A DNA stretch of 64,000 nt from Octopus vulgaris (GCA_951406725.2 OX597834.1:42718001-42782000), one strand, 5' to 3'; shown: positions 39,746 to 54,146, numbered from the stretch's first letter. The notes: generated by a model from the sequence alone, not told the origin. Numbers and translations: made by a program.

Positions 39746-40423
39746 TCAGTCAAATCGCTCATTGTTTACGACTTCTTGCCAAAGATCACCGAACTCATCA
39801 ATGCTTTGACCGTATGAATTATCGGGTCGTGACTCGGAGGAGTCATCGGGCCACATTTTCAGCTGTGCGTCCTTGTTGAATGAAACACCTCGTAAAATTG
39901 TTTGAGAGCGACTAAGAAACGAAATAATCTGAAGGTACTATATGAAGGGGATATTGTAAGGGCGGTAGAATTTCCCAGCCGAGCTCCTGAACGGCGATTT
40001 GGTTCGTTTTAACGATAGATATGCGATTATTATCGTGTTCAAGAAGTAGACTATGTCCGGTCGAGACGTTTGGACCTTAACCCTCGGGTGAAGCTAACGC
40101 CTGATGGCCGACAGGGTCGTCAGGGATTCCCATCTTTTGGCTCTATTTCTTAGTGTATTGCTCCCAATCATGGTGGATAATCTCGTCCAATGGAACCTTA
40201 TTGAAATGAACAGATCAGCCAGAACGGGAAACTTTGAGGTCCTAAAAAACTTTGAGGTCAATGAATGTTCAAAACCGATTTTTTGTAGTCCTTACCCGCA
40301 TAGCTACTTAACCGTTAACCCCACGAATATCTCGGAGTGGATTTGGGTGTTTTAGAAACTTTATTGAAAGCGAAGAGGAGCAGATGTCGAAGACGTTCAT
40401 ATTGTTTCTACATAAAACTCCAT
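39746..40423 (-). pseudogene. Internally deleted mariner transposase pseudogene
   Basis: ATG at 40423: MEFYVE...ERLRHLLLFAFNK...RDIRGVNG...DLK...RSG, then a jump to IIHH, HDN(N)R, GWEILP and PSDY; many stops and frameshifts. Confidence 0.85.
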
Positions 40424-40613
40424 CTTCGTTACGTCTGTAAGAGGAGAAATTTACTCCAATTTCAAATATGTTAAGCAAAACTTGCAGCGAAAGCAATGGA
40501 GTTACAAAAGAAACATAAAACAGCAAAATAAAGCTGTTTCAGGTGTTAATAACATTAGTCAGACGTTTATGTGTGTATGGCTGCACATTCACACAAACAA
40601 CATACACCCGTTT

Positions 40614-40644
<31 letters not shown>

Positions 40645-40659
40645 TGTATATATATATAT

Positions 40660-40690
<31 letters not shown>

Positions 40691-40694
40691 CACG

Positions 40695-40737
<43 letters not shown>

Positions 40738-41686
40738 CGTGTGTGTATATATAAAATTAAGGAGGAGAAAAACAAATTCAAAGATCGATGTGTATATTCA
40801 TTCAATCCATATAAACTAAATTCTCCATGGCATACAAAATACATACATAGATGCATTCAACTATATGATATATATACATATATAAGTATATGTATGTTTA
40901 TTTATATATAAAATTTAATAAATACGACAGACTATGCTGATGAACTTGCAGATTTCCATGTATCCATATACGTGGATATTAACAAGCGAAACAGATCGGT
41001 ACATAGGAAATCGTTATTATTTCGTATATTTTCATTTGTCTTGCTTATTTTTAATGCTTTTTATTTGAGTTTTTATTTGAGAACACATTCTTCGTGGTAA
41101 ATAGCGATTTTGACGTCTTTATCTAGCATGTTGACCGTCCACTTTTAGTGGTCACGGCGTTTATAAGTTGTTTAAAAATACACAGCGTTAGATTCAATTC
41201 AACATTTAAAAAAGACTGGCATGTAAGAAAGGTTTAATAAGAGTTAGGCTAAACCCAGAAATATTTGATGATAAAGTAAAGTCGGCGATAATAGAAAAAG
41301 AGACATTTTTTAAAATTGAAAAATGTTTTTTCAACTGTTTGTATAATGCAATATATTCGATACGACAGTTTGCCTGCAATAATAGAACAGGAAGATATAT
41401 TAGATTACATTACAGATGAACGCCCAGTATAACAGAACTGTATTTTAAATGATTTTACGAGTTTTGGGGGGCTTGTAAACATTCCATATAATTCATTATA
41501 CATATTTAATTTCATGACATATTTTTATTTTTATTCTATGTACCCCACGTCCCGTTTTTGTATCGTCCCCTCTATTTTTCGGGCCATCGGGCCTATAATA
41601 AAGATAGTAACATTTAAATTTTATTCGTCCAAATATTTTCGTCGATTTCAGACAGCAACCCATTCACTGACAAAATTCCTGGCTTC

Positions 41687-41835
41687 GTATGTATGTATGT
41701 ATGTATGTATGTATGTATGTATGTATGTATGTATGTATGTATGTATGTATGTATGTATGTATGTATGTATGTATGTATGTATGTATGTATGTATGCATGT
41801 ATGTATGTGTGTATATATGTGTGTGTATGTATGTT
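41687..41835. repeat. (TATG)n microsatellite
   Basis: Direct reading. Confidence 0.95.
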
Positions 41836-41842
41836 CCGTCGA

Positions 41843-43592
41843 CTTCGGCGGAATTTGAACTCAGTATGTAACGGCAGACGAAATACCCATTTCTTTACTA
41901 CCCACAAGGGGCTAAACACAGAGAGGACAAACAAGGACAGACAAATATATTTAGTCGATTATATCGACCCCAGTGCGAAACTGGTACTTATTTAATCGAC
42001 CCCGAAAGGATGAAAGGCAAAATCGACCTCGGCGGAATTTGAACTCAGAACGTAGCGGCAGACGAAATACCTATTTCTTTACTATCCACAAGGGGCTAAA
42101 CACAGAGAGGACAAACAAGGACAGACAAATAGATTAAGTCGATTATATCGACCCCAGTGCGAAACTGGTATTTATTTAATCGACCCCGAAAGGATGGAAG
42201 GCAAAATCGACCTCGGCGGAATTTGAACTCAGTACGTAACGGCAGACGAAATACCTATTTCTTTACTACCCACAAGGGGCTAAACACAGGGAGGACAAAC
42301 AAGGACAGACAAATAGAGTAAGTCGATTATATCGACCCCAGTGCGTAACTGGTATTTATTTAATCGCCCCCGAAAGGATGAAAGGCAAAATCGACCTCGG
42401 CGGAATTTGAACTCAGAACGTAGCGGCAGACGAAATACCTATTTCTTTACTATCCACAAGGGGCTAAACACAGAGAGGACAAACAAGGACAGACAAATAG
42501 ATTAAGTCGATTATATCGACCCCAGTGCGAAACTGGTATTTATTTAATCGACCCCGAAAGGATGGAAGGCAAAATCGACCTCGGCGGAATTTGAACTCAG
42601 TACGTAACGGCAGACGAAATACCTATTTCTTTACTACCCACAAGGGGCTAAACACAGGGAGGACAAACAAGGACAGACAAATAGAGTAAGTCGATTATAT
42701 CGACCCCAGTGCGTAACTGGTATTTATTTAATCGCCCCCGAAAGGATGAAAGGCAAAATCAACCTCAGCGGAATTTGAACTCAGTATGTAATGGCAGACG
42801 AAATACCTATTTCTTTACTACCCACAAGGGGCTAAACACAGGGAGGACAAACAAGGACAGACAAATAGAGTAAGTCGATTATATCGACCCCAGTGCGTAA
42901 CTGGTATTTATTTAATCGCCCCCGAAAGGATGAAAGGCAAAATCGACCTCGGCGGAATTTGAACTCAGAACGTAGCGGCAGACGAAATACCTATTTCTTT
43001 ACTATCCACAAGGGGCTAAACACAGAGAGGACAAACAAGGACAGACAAATAGATTAAGTCGATTATATCGACCCCAGTGCGAAACTGGTATTTATTTAAT
43101 CGACCCCGAAAGGATGGAAGGCAAAATCGACCTCGGCGGAATTTGAACTCAGTACGTAACGGCAGACGAAATACCTATTTCTTTACTACCCACAAGGGGC
43201 TAAACACAGGGAGGACAAACAAGGACAGACAAATAGAGTAAGTCGATTATATCGACCCCAGTGCGTAACTGGTATTTATTTAATCGCCCCCGAAAGGATG
43301 AAAGGCAAAATCAACCTCAGCGGAATTTGAACTCAGTATGTAATGGCAGACGAAATACCTATTTCTTTACTACCCACAAGGGGCTAAACACAGGGAGGAC
43401 AAACAAGGACAGACAGATAGAGTAAGCCGATTATATCGACCCCAGTGCGAAACTGGTACTTATTTAATCGACCCCGAAAGGATGAAAGGCAAAATCAACC
43501 TCAGCGGAATTTGAACTCAGTACGTAACTGCAGCCGAAATACCGCGAAGCATTTCGCCCGGCGTGCTAACGTCTCTGCCAGCTCGCCGCCTT
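41843..43592 (-). mobile_element. SINE-A multimer: one head plus about nine 184-bp head-less units
   Basis: C(G/A)GCGGAATTTGAACTCAG at 41846, 42030, 42214, 42398, 42582, 42766, 42950, 43134, 43318 and 43502; the single head ends ...GCTCGCCGCCTT at 43592. Confidence 0.95.
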
Positions 43593-44427
43593 AATTAATT
43601 TACAAACAGAGTCACACCTCTCTCTCTGTTCTCCACCGCATGCACACACATTGTGAGAGACTTACACTTTAGTTTCTTCGTGCTATAACTTGATTATTAT
43701 CGACTCTTATGTTTTGCTTTTTTCAGGTGTGACATGCTGATCTTGATAACATAAGTGAATTTATTATCGATGTTTGCAGTTCATATTTGTTGCTTTTGGG
43801 AGTGATATAATCAACTTCATTACATTTACATCCAAACGCGTTATTGTTATAGTTTATCTAATGCGTTGCTTCTTGTTTCATTGGGACCAGCCGTAGTTAG
43901 ATTATGGTTGCTTTTGTTTTTTCCTGTTCGCGCTCTCGGCTGATCATTTTAAATCTAACTAAAAACCACTCGTACAATTCATCAGAATTTTATGTGATTT
44001 TCGAAGATGGTTTTTTTCAGTGTCTCCAGGGACTGGAATAACTTTAAATTCCATTTAATAACTTCAACATCGTTTGTCTGCAAGTAAACTAACGTTGTGT
44101 TAACCTCGTTGATTAAACTTTAAAGTTTCAGCCTCGAGGGCAATAAATATCTTTCTTTTCATATTCTTATAAGTTGTGCTTTAACATGCAACAGCAGAAT
44201 GATTTTCTTTTGCTTAGCTGAAGACGATGGTGGAGTCGTTAGTTTTTAACAAACACCGAAGTAAAGAAAATGAAGAAAAACTGTACGTAGTCTTTCCATT
44301 TACTAGAAATAGCAGCCAAATCTCCCTCAACTCCCACAAACTCACTGTCGTAAAGAAATGAGACTTAGTTGCTAAAGTAATCGTACATATACCTATAAAA
44401 ACATGTTTACGCATCTTCACCCTCGGC

Positions 44428-44648
44428 CTCTTTTACTCCCTTTCACTTTTTTACTTGTTTCAGTCATGTGACTGTGGCCATGCTGGAGCACCGCCTTTAG
44501 TCGAGCAAATCGACCCCGGGACTTATTGTTTGTAAGCCTAGTACTTACTCCATCGGTCTGATTTGCTGAACTGCTAAGTTACGGGGACGTAAACACACCA
44601 GCATCGGTTGTCAAGCGATGTTGGTGGGACAAAAACACACACTCAGAA

Positions 44649-44709
<61 letters not shown>

Positions 44710-44827
44710 TATACGACGGACTTCGTTCAGTTTCCGTCTACCAAATCCATTCACAGGGCTTTGATCGGCGCGAGGTTATAGTAGAAGACACTTGCGCAAG
44801 GTCCCACACAGTGGGACTGAACCCGGA
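44428..44827 (-). mobile_element. SINE-B, 5'-truncated
   Basis: Tail, body and part of the head, in reverse. Confidence 0.85.
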
Positions 44828-45780
44828 CATGTTTTAAGCTGCATAAATGGCTTCATAATTGCAGCCGACTGTTGGATGTGGTCAAGATTCGTGAAGAGAC
44901 GTAATGAACTCGATGGACGGGGGTGGCTCAACTGAACGCTGGTGAATGTCATCGCCAGTATAACTATCAGTAAGTAAATAGGCTTCTTAACTAGACAGCC
45001 ATGGGTGTACAGACTTTCAGTCTTAACCCTCATCTTTTTTAGCCTTCGTGATGTGGTCATGGCAAGACTTCGTCATTAGATATGAATAGAAATGTAAGCG
45101 TATGCACACGATCCCTCATACACAGAAAGACAGACAGACAGACGCACACAAATTTACAGGCAGCAGAATACGGGACGAAGATCCAGTCAGCGATCGGAAA
45201 TTGATCTCAGATCCTCGAAGGAAGCGACTAAGTACAGGTGGGGGTAACGGGTAAAGTTCCTCGTTACGACCAGCACCAACCAGCACCAACCCACACCAAC
45301 ACCACGGCTACTCAACCTTCCGTAATGTAATGAGCATAGATAAAGGCTAATGGCAGAAGTGAAATACATATACATACATACATACATACATATACATATA
45401 CATATATATATATATGTATATACACATGCATATTATGATTTATGTGTTGATAAATAATTATATGTAAGCATCTGGCCTCGTAAAGCGGAATTACTCACAT
45501 TATCGTATTTATTTTGTTCACCTAAGCATGCTTCAGTGTATATATAGAAAAAAAAAAGGTAATCGAGCTTTGTACACAAGCATCTACATACGTGTATGTG
45601 TGTGTGTACTATCAAAAGTGTTTTACTCATTTTAAACTCAATTCCATGTTTATAATTGTATTAATGTTTATTACTATCTCTCACATACTCGGTGTGTATG
45701 CTTGAATGTATATATGTGTGTATAATACATATACATACATATATATATATATATATATACATATACATACGTACATATAC

Positions 45781-45829
<49 letters not shown>

Positions 45830-46984
45830 TAAATACATATATATATACATATATATATATATGTATGTGGGAACCTGGATAACATATATATATATATTTA
45901 TAATGTATAACATTTTAATGTATATAGATAATTATACACACATATGTACTTAAATTTAAATTTATATATATAGTCACATATATACATATATGCTTCTATA
46001 CATACATACATACACGCATATATACATGCGTATGTACGTATGCATATACCACTCTTTTTCCAAATGAGTGGATGTCAAAGAGCGCTATTTGTGGACCTTT
46101 GATTTGACAAACGATATTGCTGAATAATGGTGCCATAAACATAATGGCACTAAAGATATTGATAAGAACAATCTGCTGATGCGGCTGATGGCGGTGGTGG
46201 AGGTGGTGATGGCAATTCTGACGACATTGACGACGACAACCAGGAACGAAATTGAAGATGAAGCTCAGCGGAGGTGAGAGTGGTAGTTTCACATTGGTGA
46301 AACAATAGGGAGTTAATGATGGTGATGATGATGATGATGAAGATGACGATGCGATAGCGCGCGTGTGTATGTATAAATACACACACACACACGAATTCAA
46401 AACAAGGTAGAAAAATATATTGCTCGAATACCGAAGGCAGAGCTGTTTTATTTAAAGAGGAAAAAACATCACATCAGTTCGTCGTACTATCCGACGAACG
46501 GGAACGGGAATCTCTGAGTTGCAGTCCTTGTGATGGTTCTGCAGCTTTAATAAAAAGGCACACCACACGCACACACACACAATTTGTGAGCTGACAGAAT
46601 CGTTAGCTTGCCGGTTACAGATCCGCGGTCCACTTTGCTTTTTGTCCACCTGTGCTTGAAAAAGGTGTCCAGTCAAATGTTTTGGGCGATGCTTCCCCTG
46701 CTGACCACCCCATCAAAATTGCAAAACTTTTGCTGTCAAATGACAAGCAACGATTGCTTAAAATAACGGTTCCTTCGGTAGTATATTTTTATTTCCATGC
46801 GCAATACGGTGAACACAATAAATATAGGTTAAATTTTATCGATATTTTGGTACTTATACAAAACAATGAAAGGGATTTTAATTTTCAGAAAAGAAAAAAG
46901 CTCAACAAATTATTACCTTCACATTATATAATACAAATTCCTCATTTTAATAATTATCAAAGTTATGTTTTTATTCTTTTATTC

Positions 46985-47385
46985 TTTTTCTTGTTTCAGT
47001 CATTTGACTGCGGCCATACTGGATCACCGTCTTCAAGAATTTTAGTCGAAGAAATTGACCCCAGAACTTATTTCCTTCAAGCCAAGTACTTAATCTGTCG
47101 GGTTCTTTTGGCGAAACGCTAAATTACGGGGACGCAAACACACCAACACTGGTTGTCAAGCAGTCATGGTAGGACAAACGCAGGCACAAAGATACACACA
47201 GGCATACAGCTACAAACATGCACGCACACACACACACACACTTACACACTTACACACGCACACACGATGGGCTCCTTCAGTTTCCGTTTTCCAAACACAT
47301 TTGACCAAGGTGCCACGCAGTGGGATTGAACCCAGTACCACGTGTTAGGGAAGCAAGCTTCCTACCACACATCCACGCCTGAGCC
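46985..47385 (-). mobile_element. Diverged SINE-B
   Basis: Reverse-strand tail, microsatellite and head. Confidence 0.75.
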
Positions 47386-47573
47386 TATGTTAGTACTTTT
47401 CTAAATTTTACCAATGTAACCCCCTAATACGCCATCAAAAACTTCTCTGCTACAATGCATCGAAAATTGTGTTTCTTTTTTAAATTCTGAATGTTGTGAG
47501 GCATTTTTCCTGCAACATTTATGATAATTCTATCTTTACGGCTCCTTTCCTTTTTCTCTTTCTATACGACATA

Positions 47574-47650
47574 CACTAGTCCCTCAACTATCGCGGGTAT
47601 TACATTCCCAAACCAACGGCGATAGGTGAAAATCCGCGAAGAAGAAATAG
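47574..47650 (+). mobile_element. Possible pogo/Tigger-type DNA transposon terminus
   Basis: TA|CACTAGTCCCTCAACTATCGCGGG...GGTGAAAATCCGCGAA resembles Tigger CAGTAGTCCCTCG-type TIRs; the partner end was not found. Confidence 0.45.
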
Positions 47651-48529
47651 TAGAAAAAAGCGGTTAGCTGACAGAAACGTTAGCACGCCGGGCGAAAGAC
47701 ATAGCGATATTTCGTCTGTCGCTAAATAAATTAGCAGAAAAAAAAAATCATCCTTTCTTTAAGTAGGTTCTCTTAATCTCTTTCGTTCTGTGGAATTTCC
47801 ACAGATCTCACAGGTAAGTATAAATTCTAGTCGATCTGTCGTGGTGTGTGTTAAATTTTCTGTTTGTTGTCGAGTGTGGGTTCCAATTATACCTTTATAT
47901 GTATAATAAAAGCTATGCCTGACCTTGAATTATTTAATTAATCTTTATCTCTTATCTTTTCCTTGTTTCAAGCATTCGACTGCGGCCATGTTGGAACACT
48001 GCCTTGAAGAATATTTTAGTCGACCCAGGCTCTGGTCAGCCCAGGGCTATAGTAGAAGACACTTGCCCAAAGTGCCATGCAGTAGGATAGAACTCAAACC
48101 CATGTGGTTGGTTGGGAAGCAAGCTTCGTACCACACAGCCACGTATAAAATAATGTAATCATACGAGTAAATGATATTTGAAATTACATTAGAACAGTCA
48201 ATATTCAATTGGCTTGGGAACGGTGATTCTATTAGCATCATTCCACCTCAACAATTCAGAAGAAAATTGATGTTTAACTTCATAAAATTCTACAAAAATA
48301 AATAAATTCAGTAAAAGTAAACTATTGGCCCTAAGATGAAAAAAAAATACTCTTATATTTTATTATGCAAGAAAATATTTTTCCTGAAATCCTTAATAAG
48401 TTATGCTGCAATCATTGCAATCATTTATATAATTAATAAAATTAATAACTTTTCTCATTGATTGGGGTATACAACGTTTACCTAAATTGTTTTTCAGGAG
48501 CAACAAAATAAAAAATTTTTTTTATATAT

Positions 48530-49069
48530 TCTTATTTCTTTACTACCAACAAAGGGCTACACACAGAGGGGACAAACAAGGACAGACAAACGGTTCAAGT
48601 CGATTATATCGAGCCTAGTGCGTAACTGGTACTTATTTAATCAACCCCGAAAGGATGAAATGCAAAGTCGACCTCGGCGGAATTTGAACTCAGAACATAG
48701 CGGCAGACGGCAAGATGCAGGAGGAAAGAGTGAGAGAAAGTTGTGGGGAAAGAAAGAGTCAGCAGAAGTTCGCCATTACCTTCTGCCGGAGCCGCGTGAA
48801 GCTTAGGTGTTTCGCTCATAAACACACTCATCAGACTGTCACAAGGCTGGCCCTTTAAGATACAGGTACAACAGAAACAGGAAGAAAGAATGAGAAAACA
48901 AAGTTGTGGTGAAAGCATAAAGAAGGGCTCGCCACCAACCTATGCCGGAACCTAGGGGAGATTTAAGTGTTTTCGCTCAATAAACACTCACAACGCCTGG
49001 TTCGGGAATCGAAACCACGATCCTATGTCCGTGAGCCCGCTGCCCTAACCACCGGGCCATCGCGCCTCC
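48530..49069 (-). mobile_element. SINE-A unit (48530-48710) joined to SINE-C with an internally duplicated body (48712-49069)
   Basis: GGTGTTT(T)CGCTCA(A)TAAACAC occurs twice; tRNA head at 49000-49069. Confidence 0.7.
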
Positions 49070-49349
49070 TCATTGAATGAACGTCAAAGTGAGTTTAAGC
49101 AAACAGTGAATGTGTAAAATTTTCAAATGATAAGTATTTAATGTAACGGAGAGAATTAAGTTAAAACAGTGTGAAAAACCATTAAACCGGCGAAGATTAT
49201 ATATATCATCTGGCCTCTTGCCTAAACTATATATGCTATGCTATGTCTGTCTCACTAACCCCCCCCCTCTCTCTCTCTCTTTCTCTTTCTCTTCTTCATT
49301 GTGTGTGCGTGTATATATATATATGTATATATGTATATATACATGTACG

Positions 49350-49383
<34 letters not shown>

Positions 49384-49435
49384 GATATTGATGTATATAC
49401 GTATACATGTGTGTGCGTATGTGAATATATTACAT

Positions 49436-49473
<38 letters not shown>

Positions 49474-49505
49474 TATACACACATATATATATATATGTAT
49501 GCATG

Positions 49506-50570
<1,065 letters not shown>

Positions 50571-50728
50571 CACCCACACACACACACACATATATATACA
50601 TATATATGGGATCGGCTTTCAAAAGCGCAGATAAATATAGTTAAGTCAATGTATTGAAATATGCCTGTACAGATGCAGGCATGCACACACATATATATGC
50701 ATACACACACACACACACACACACACAT

Positions 50729-50778
<50 letters not shown>

Positions 50779-51180
50779 CTTTATATATACACGGACGTAC
50801 AGACTTATGTACGTACATACATAAGTCAGTCTATATTGTACATGAATATTAAACGACCATAAATAATATATATTTATGCATGCATCTGTGAAAATATATG
50901 AAGTCGATTTTCTGTTGCGATGGTTGTGTACGAGTATATGTATGTATACATGCGTGCGTGTACGCATGAGTATTTGCATATATACATAAATATGTTTGCG
51001 TGTGTGTGCGTATTTGTATACATATATATACATACGTGTGTATGTGTGTATGCACATGTGTGTAAGTATGTGGTTATGGGCGAGTGTGGTTGTAGTGTTC
51101 GATGATCTATGATATATCTAAATGTCCGTTCACCTGAATGTGCGATACCGTTCACAATAACACGTGTATTCAATAAATAC

Positions 51181-51218
<38 letters not shown>

Positions 51219-51293
51219 TATCTTCTCATATCTTGCATTTTCTTAAGTTACTACACACAGAAACACACATATACACACGTATGTGTATAAATA

Positions 51294-51344
<51 letters not shown>

Positions 51345-51373
51345 GTACCTCTATACATATGTGTGTAATATGT

Positions 51374-51406
<33 letters not shown>

Positions 51407-51592
51407 GAGATTTATGTATGTATGAATGTATGCATGTATCTCTGCTTAACCGTTCAATTTTTTTGTTTCATCTACCCGTAAATATAAATGTATCAATAAT
51501 ATATAAAACCAATATTTAACAAAACAAATATTTCACACAAGTCAAACTCTTCGCACTGATGAACACAGACACACGTATATATATACATATAC

Positions 51593-51632
<40 letters not shown>

Positions 51633-52399
51633 TTCTATACATATAAACAGACACACACACACACACACACGTATATATATATATATACTTATATACTTAC
51701 ATATATAGACATATATTTGTTGTATATTTTGTCTTCGTGCCAATATTCACAAGAAATCATAGCCTCGTTCTATTTAACTGGCGTTTTGCATTCTTTCAAC
51801 GCATCTAAGCACGAATCTTCACTTTTATTGCATATTTCGCTTTTAATGGTCTTCAGCTCCCATTTAAAGATTTCATGCCTCGGCGAATACTCGGAGGACA
51901 AAGATGTGATCTTCGAAGTACAAAAAAAAAAAAAATATGAAAAGAAAAAGAAAAAGAAAAATAGTAAATAAATGAAAAAAATACGGACATAAAATATGCT
52001 GTAAAATTAATATAATAAATAACGCCTCCGTGTATATTTATGTTTAGTTGTATGCTTACATACATACGTACATATATGTATTAATATATATATATATATA
52101 TCTTATATATGTATAAATGTATATTTTTTGTCTCTACATATATTTATGCAGACTTTCTTGTGTTGGGTTTAAGCATACGTATATCTATAAATATTGTTTG
52201 GACGTTTACAAAAGAAATCACATGTATATCTTTAGAGGAAAAAGAAAAAAAAATCAATCGTGAAGTCTGATGTATATTTACTGGCAATGCACTGACTATC
52301 TTCACGCCATGAAGTCGATTTCATTCTTCACATGTATATAGTCTTGGATATACGTATTTTACTCACGGAAATACACATAGATACGCACGTACATGCATA

Positions 52400-52467
<68 letters not shown>

Positions 52468-52483
52468 CACATATATATATATA

Positions 52484-52593
52484 TTAAAATGTTTTAGCCC
52501 GAAGGCCGCGGCCATGCTGGGGCACCACCGCTGAATGAGGTACAATAATATGTGAATCCACCTCTGATACGTGGCACTTGATCAACAAGGGAG
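52484..52593 (-). mobile_element. Short 5'-truncated LINE 3' end (candidate partner of SINE-B)
   Basis: Minus strand ...GGTGGTGCCCCAGCATGGCCGCGGCCTTCGGGCTAAAACATTTTAA shares the SINE-B tail but has unrelated upstream sequence. Confidence 0.65.
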
Positions 52594-52874
52594 TATTTAC
52601 TGGCAATGCACTGACTGTCTTCACGCCATGAAGTCAATTTCATTAATCAAAAGTTTAACCGATACCTTGGTAGCAAAAATTTTATGGTGTTGCAACCATG
52701 TTGCGGATAATTGAATTTTAATATTATTAGTGAATTGACATGTATATAGTCTTGCATATACGTATTTTACTCACGGAAATACACATAGATACGTACGTAC
52801 ACCCACACCCACACACATACACACACACAACACACTCAACATACACACACACACAACACATTTCACACACACAC

Positions 52875-52933
<59 letters not shown>

Positions 52934-53088
52934 ACATAGCTATATATGTATATATATATGCATATATTTGTTCGTATATATATATATATAACGGGAAGGT
53001 TTACGAAAATAAACAAAAGACGAAGGCAGGTGGAGTACAAACAAACAATTGTATTAGTATGGCGCTCGGGAATAGAAATAAAACAAGT

Positions 53089-53125
53089 CTTTTACGTTTC
53101 GAGACCTACGCTCTTCGACAGAAAG
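53089..53125 (-). ncRNA. Minimal hammerhead-like motif (A6>U variant)
   Basis: Minus strand: cttt-CTGTCGA-a-gagc gtag gtctc-GAAA-cg-TA-aaag. Confidence 0.5.
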
Positions 53126-53386
53126 ATACCAACAGAAAAGAAACACGGAGAGAAACAAGGAGACAAAAAAAATGCGTGCAGGAGCTAACGAATCAACATG
53201 GCGGTCTCTCTCTCTCTATATATATATATACATATATATATATATACATATATATATATACATATATATACATATACATATATATTTGTATATATATATG
53301 CATATGTATATATATGTGTATATATATATCGATGTTGGCGATTTTTTTCCTCTGTCTTCCCTTCTCTGGATCTTTCCTTCTCCTAT

Positions 53387-53421
53387 GTTTCTGACGAAGA
53401 GCTCCGCTTGAAACGTTAAAC
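53387..53421 (+). ncRNA. Minimal hammerhead ribozyme with canonical core
   Basis: gttt-CTGACGA-a-gagc tcc gctt-GAAA-cg-TT-aaac; AACGTT palindrome at stem III. Confidence 0.65.
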
Positions 53422-53782
53422 CCTCCATCTTTCCTTCTTTCCTGAGCGTCCAATTATACTATATTTGTTCCACGTCCTCGCGTTGTTGTGTCGTTTTTTT
53501 GTGGTTTCTTGTTTGGATTAACTTTATATATATACATGTATGTATGTATACATACATACAATACACGCATACATCCTCGCAGACACACAGACACCTCCTC
53601 CCCACCACCACATTTATGTATAATGCTGAGGTTCAAAAGATGGAACAAATTTTCCAAACCGACAGCTATATGGTTTCCTTTCCTTAGAAATAAATATATG
53701 TATATATATACTATTATTATTCATGTTTTATTTCATAATCTCTTCCCTATGTATGCACATATACATGTTTGAATGTTTGTGC

Positions 53783-53819
<37 letters not shown>

Positions 53820-53824
<5 letters not shown>

Positions 53825-54008
53825 TTTACTCGTTCCAATCATTTAACTGGCTATACTGGAGCAAATTCATCTCGTGACTTATTCCTTGTAAGCTTAGTAC
53901 TTAATCTATCGACACCTTTTGGCCAACCGCTAGATTACGAGCACGTAAATGCACCGGCATCGGCTGTCTAGTGATGTTGTGGGGAGAAATAGACAAACAC
54001 ACACACAC

Positions 54009-54039
<31 letters not shown>

Positions 54040-54100
54040 TGTATGTATGTATGTTTGTATGTGAGTGGATTTGGTAGACGGAAAATGAAAGAAGCCTGTC

Positions 54101-54146
<46 letters not shown>

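Larger units (their letters stand above)
35137..40176. repeat. Tandem segmental duplication: copy A 35137-37957, copy B 37958-40176
   Basis: Same order of SINE/LINE fragments, microsatellite, 144-bp array and mariner end in both copies; junction ATCATGGTGGGATGTTTTTAG has TGG(G)AT microhomology. Confidence 0.9.

Noticed and set aside
35775-43592. Regularly spaced repeats as a CRISPR-like array
   Set aside because: Units are near-identical along their whole length with no unique spacers, there are no cas genes, and the context is eukaryotic.
43700-43860. Possible splice acceptor (TTTTGCTTTTTTCAG|G at 43726) of a host exon
   Set aside because: No open frame or matching donor found; cannot be supported without transcript data.
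45996-46400. Minus-strand ORF with Ser/His runs
   Set aside because: Built from (GAT)/(GGT) repeats; no splice or domain evidence.
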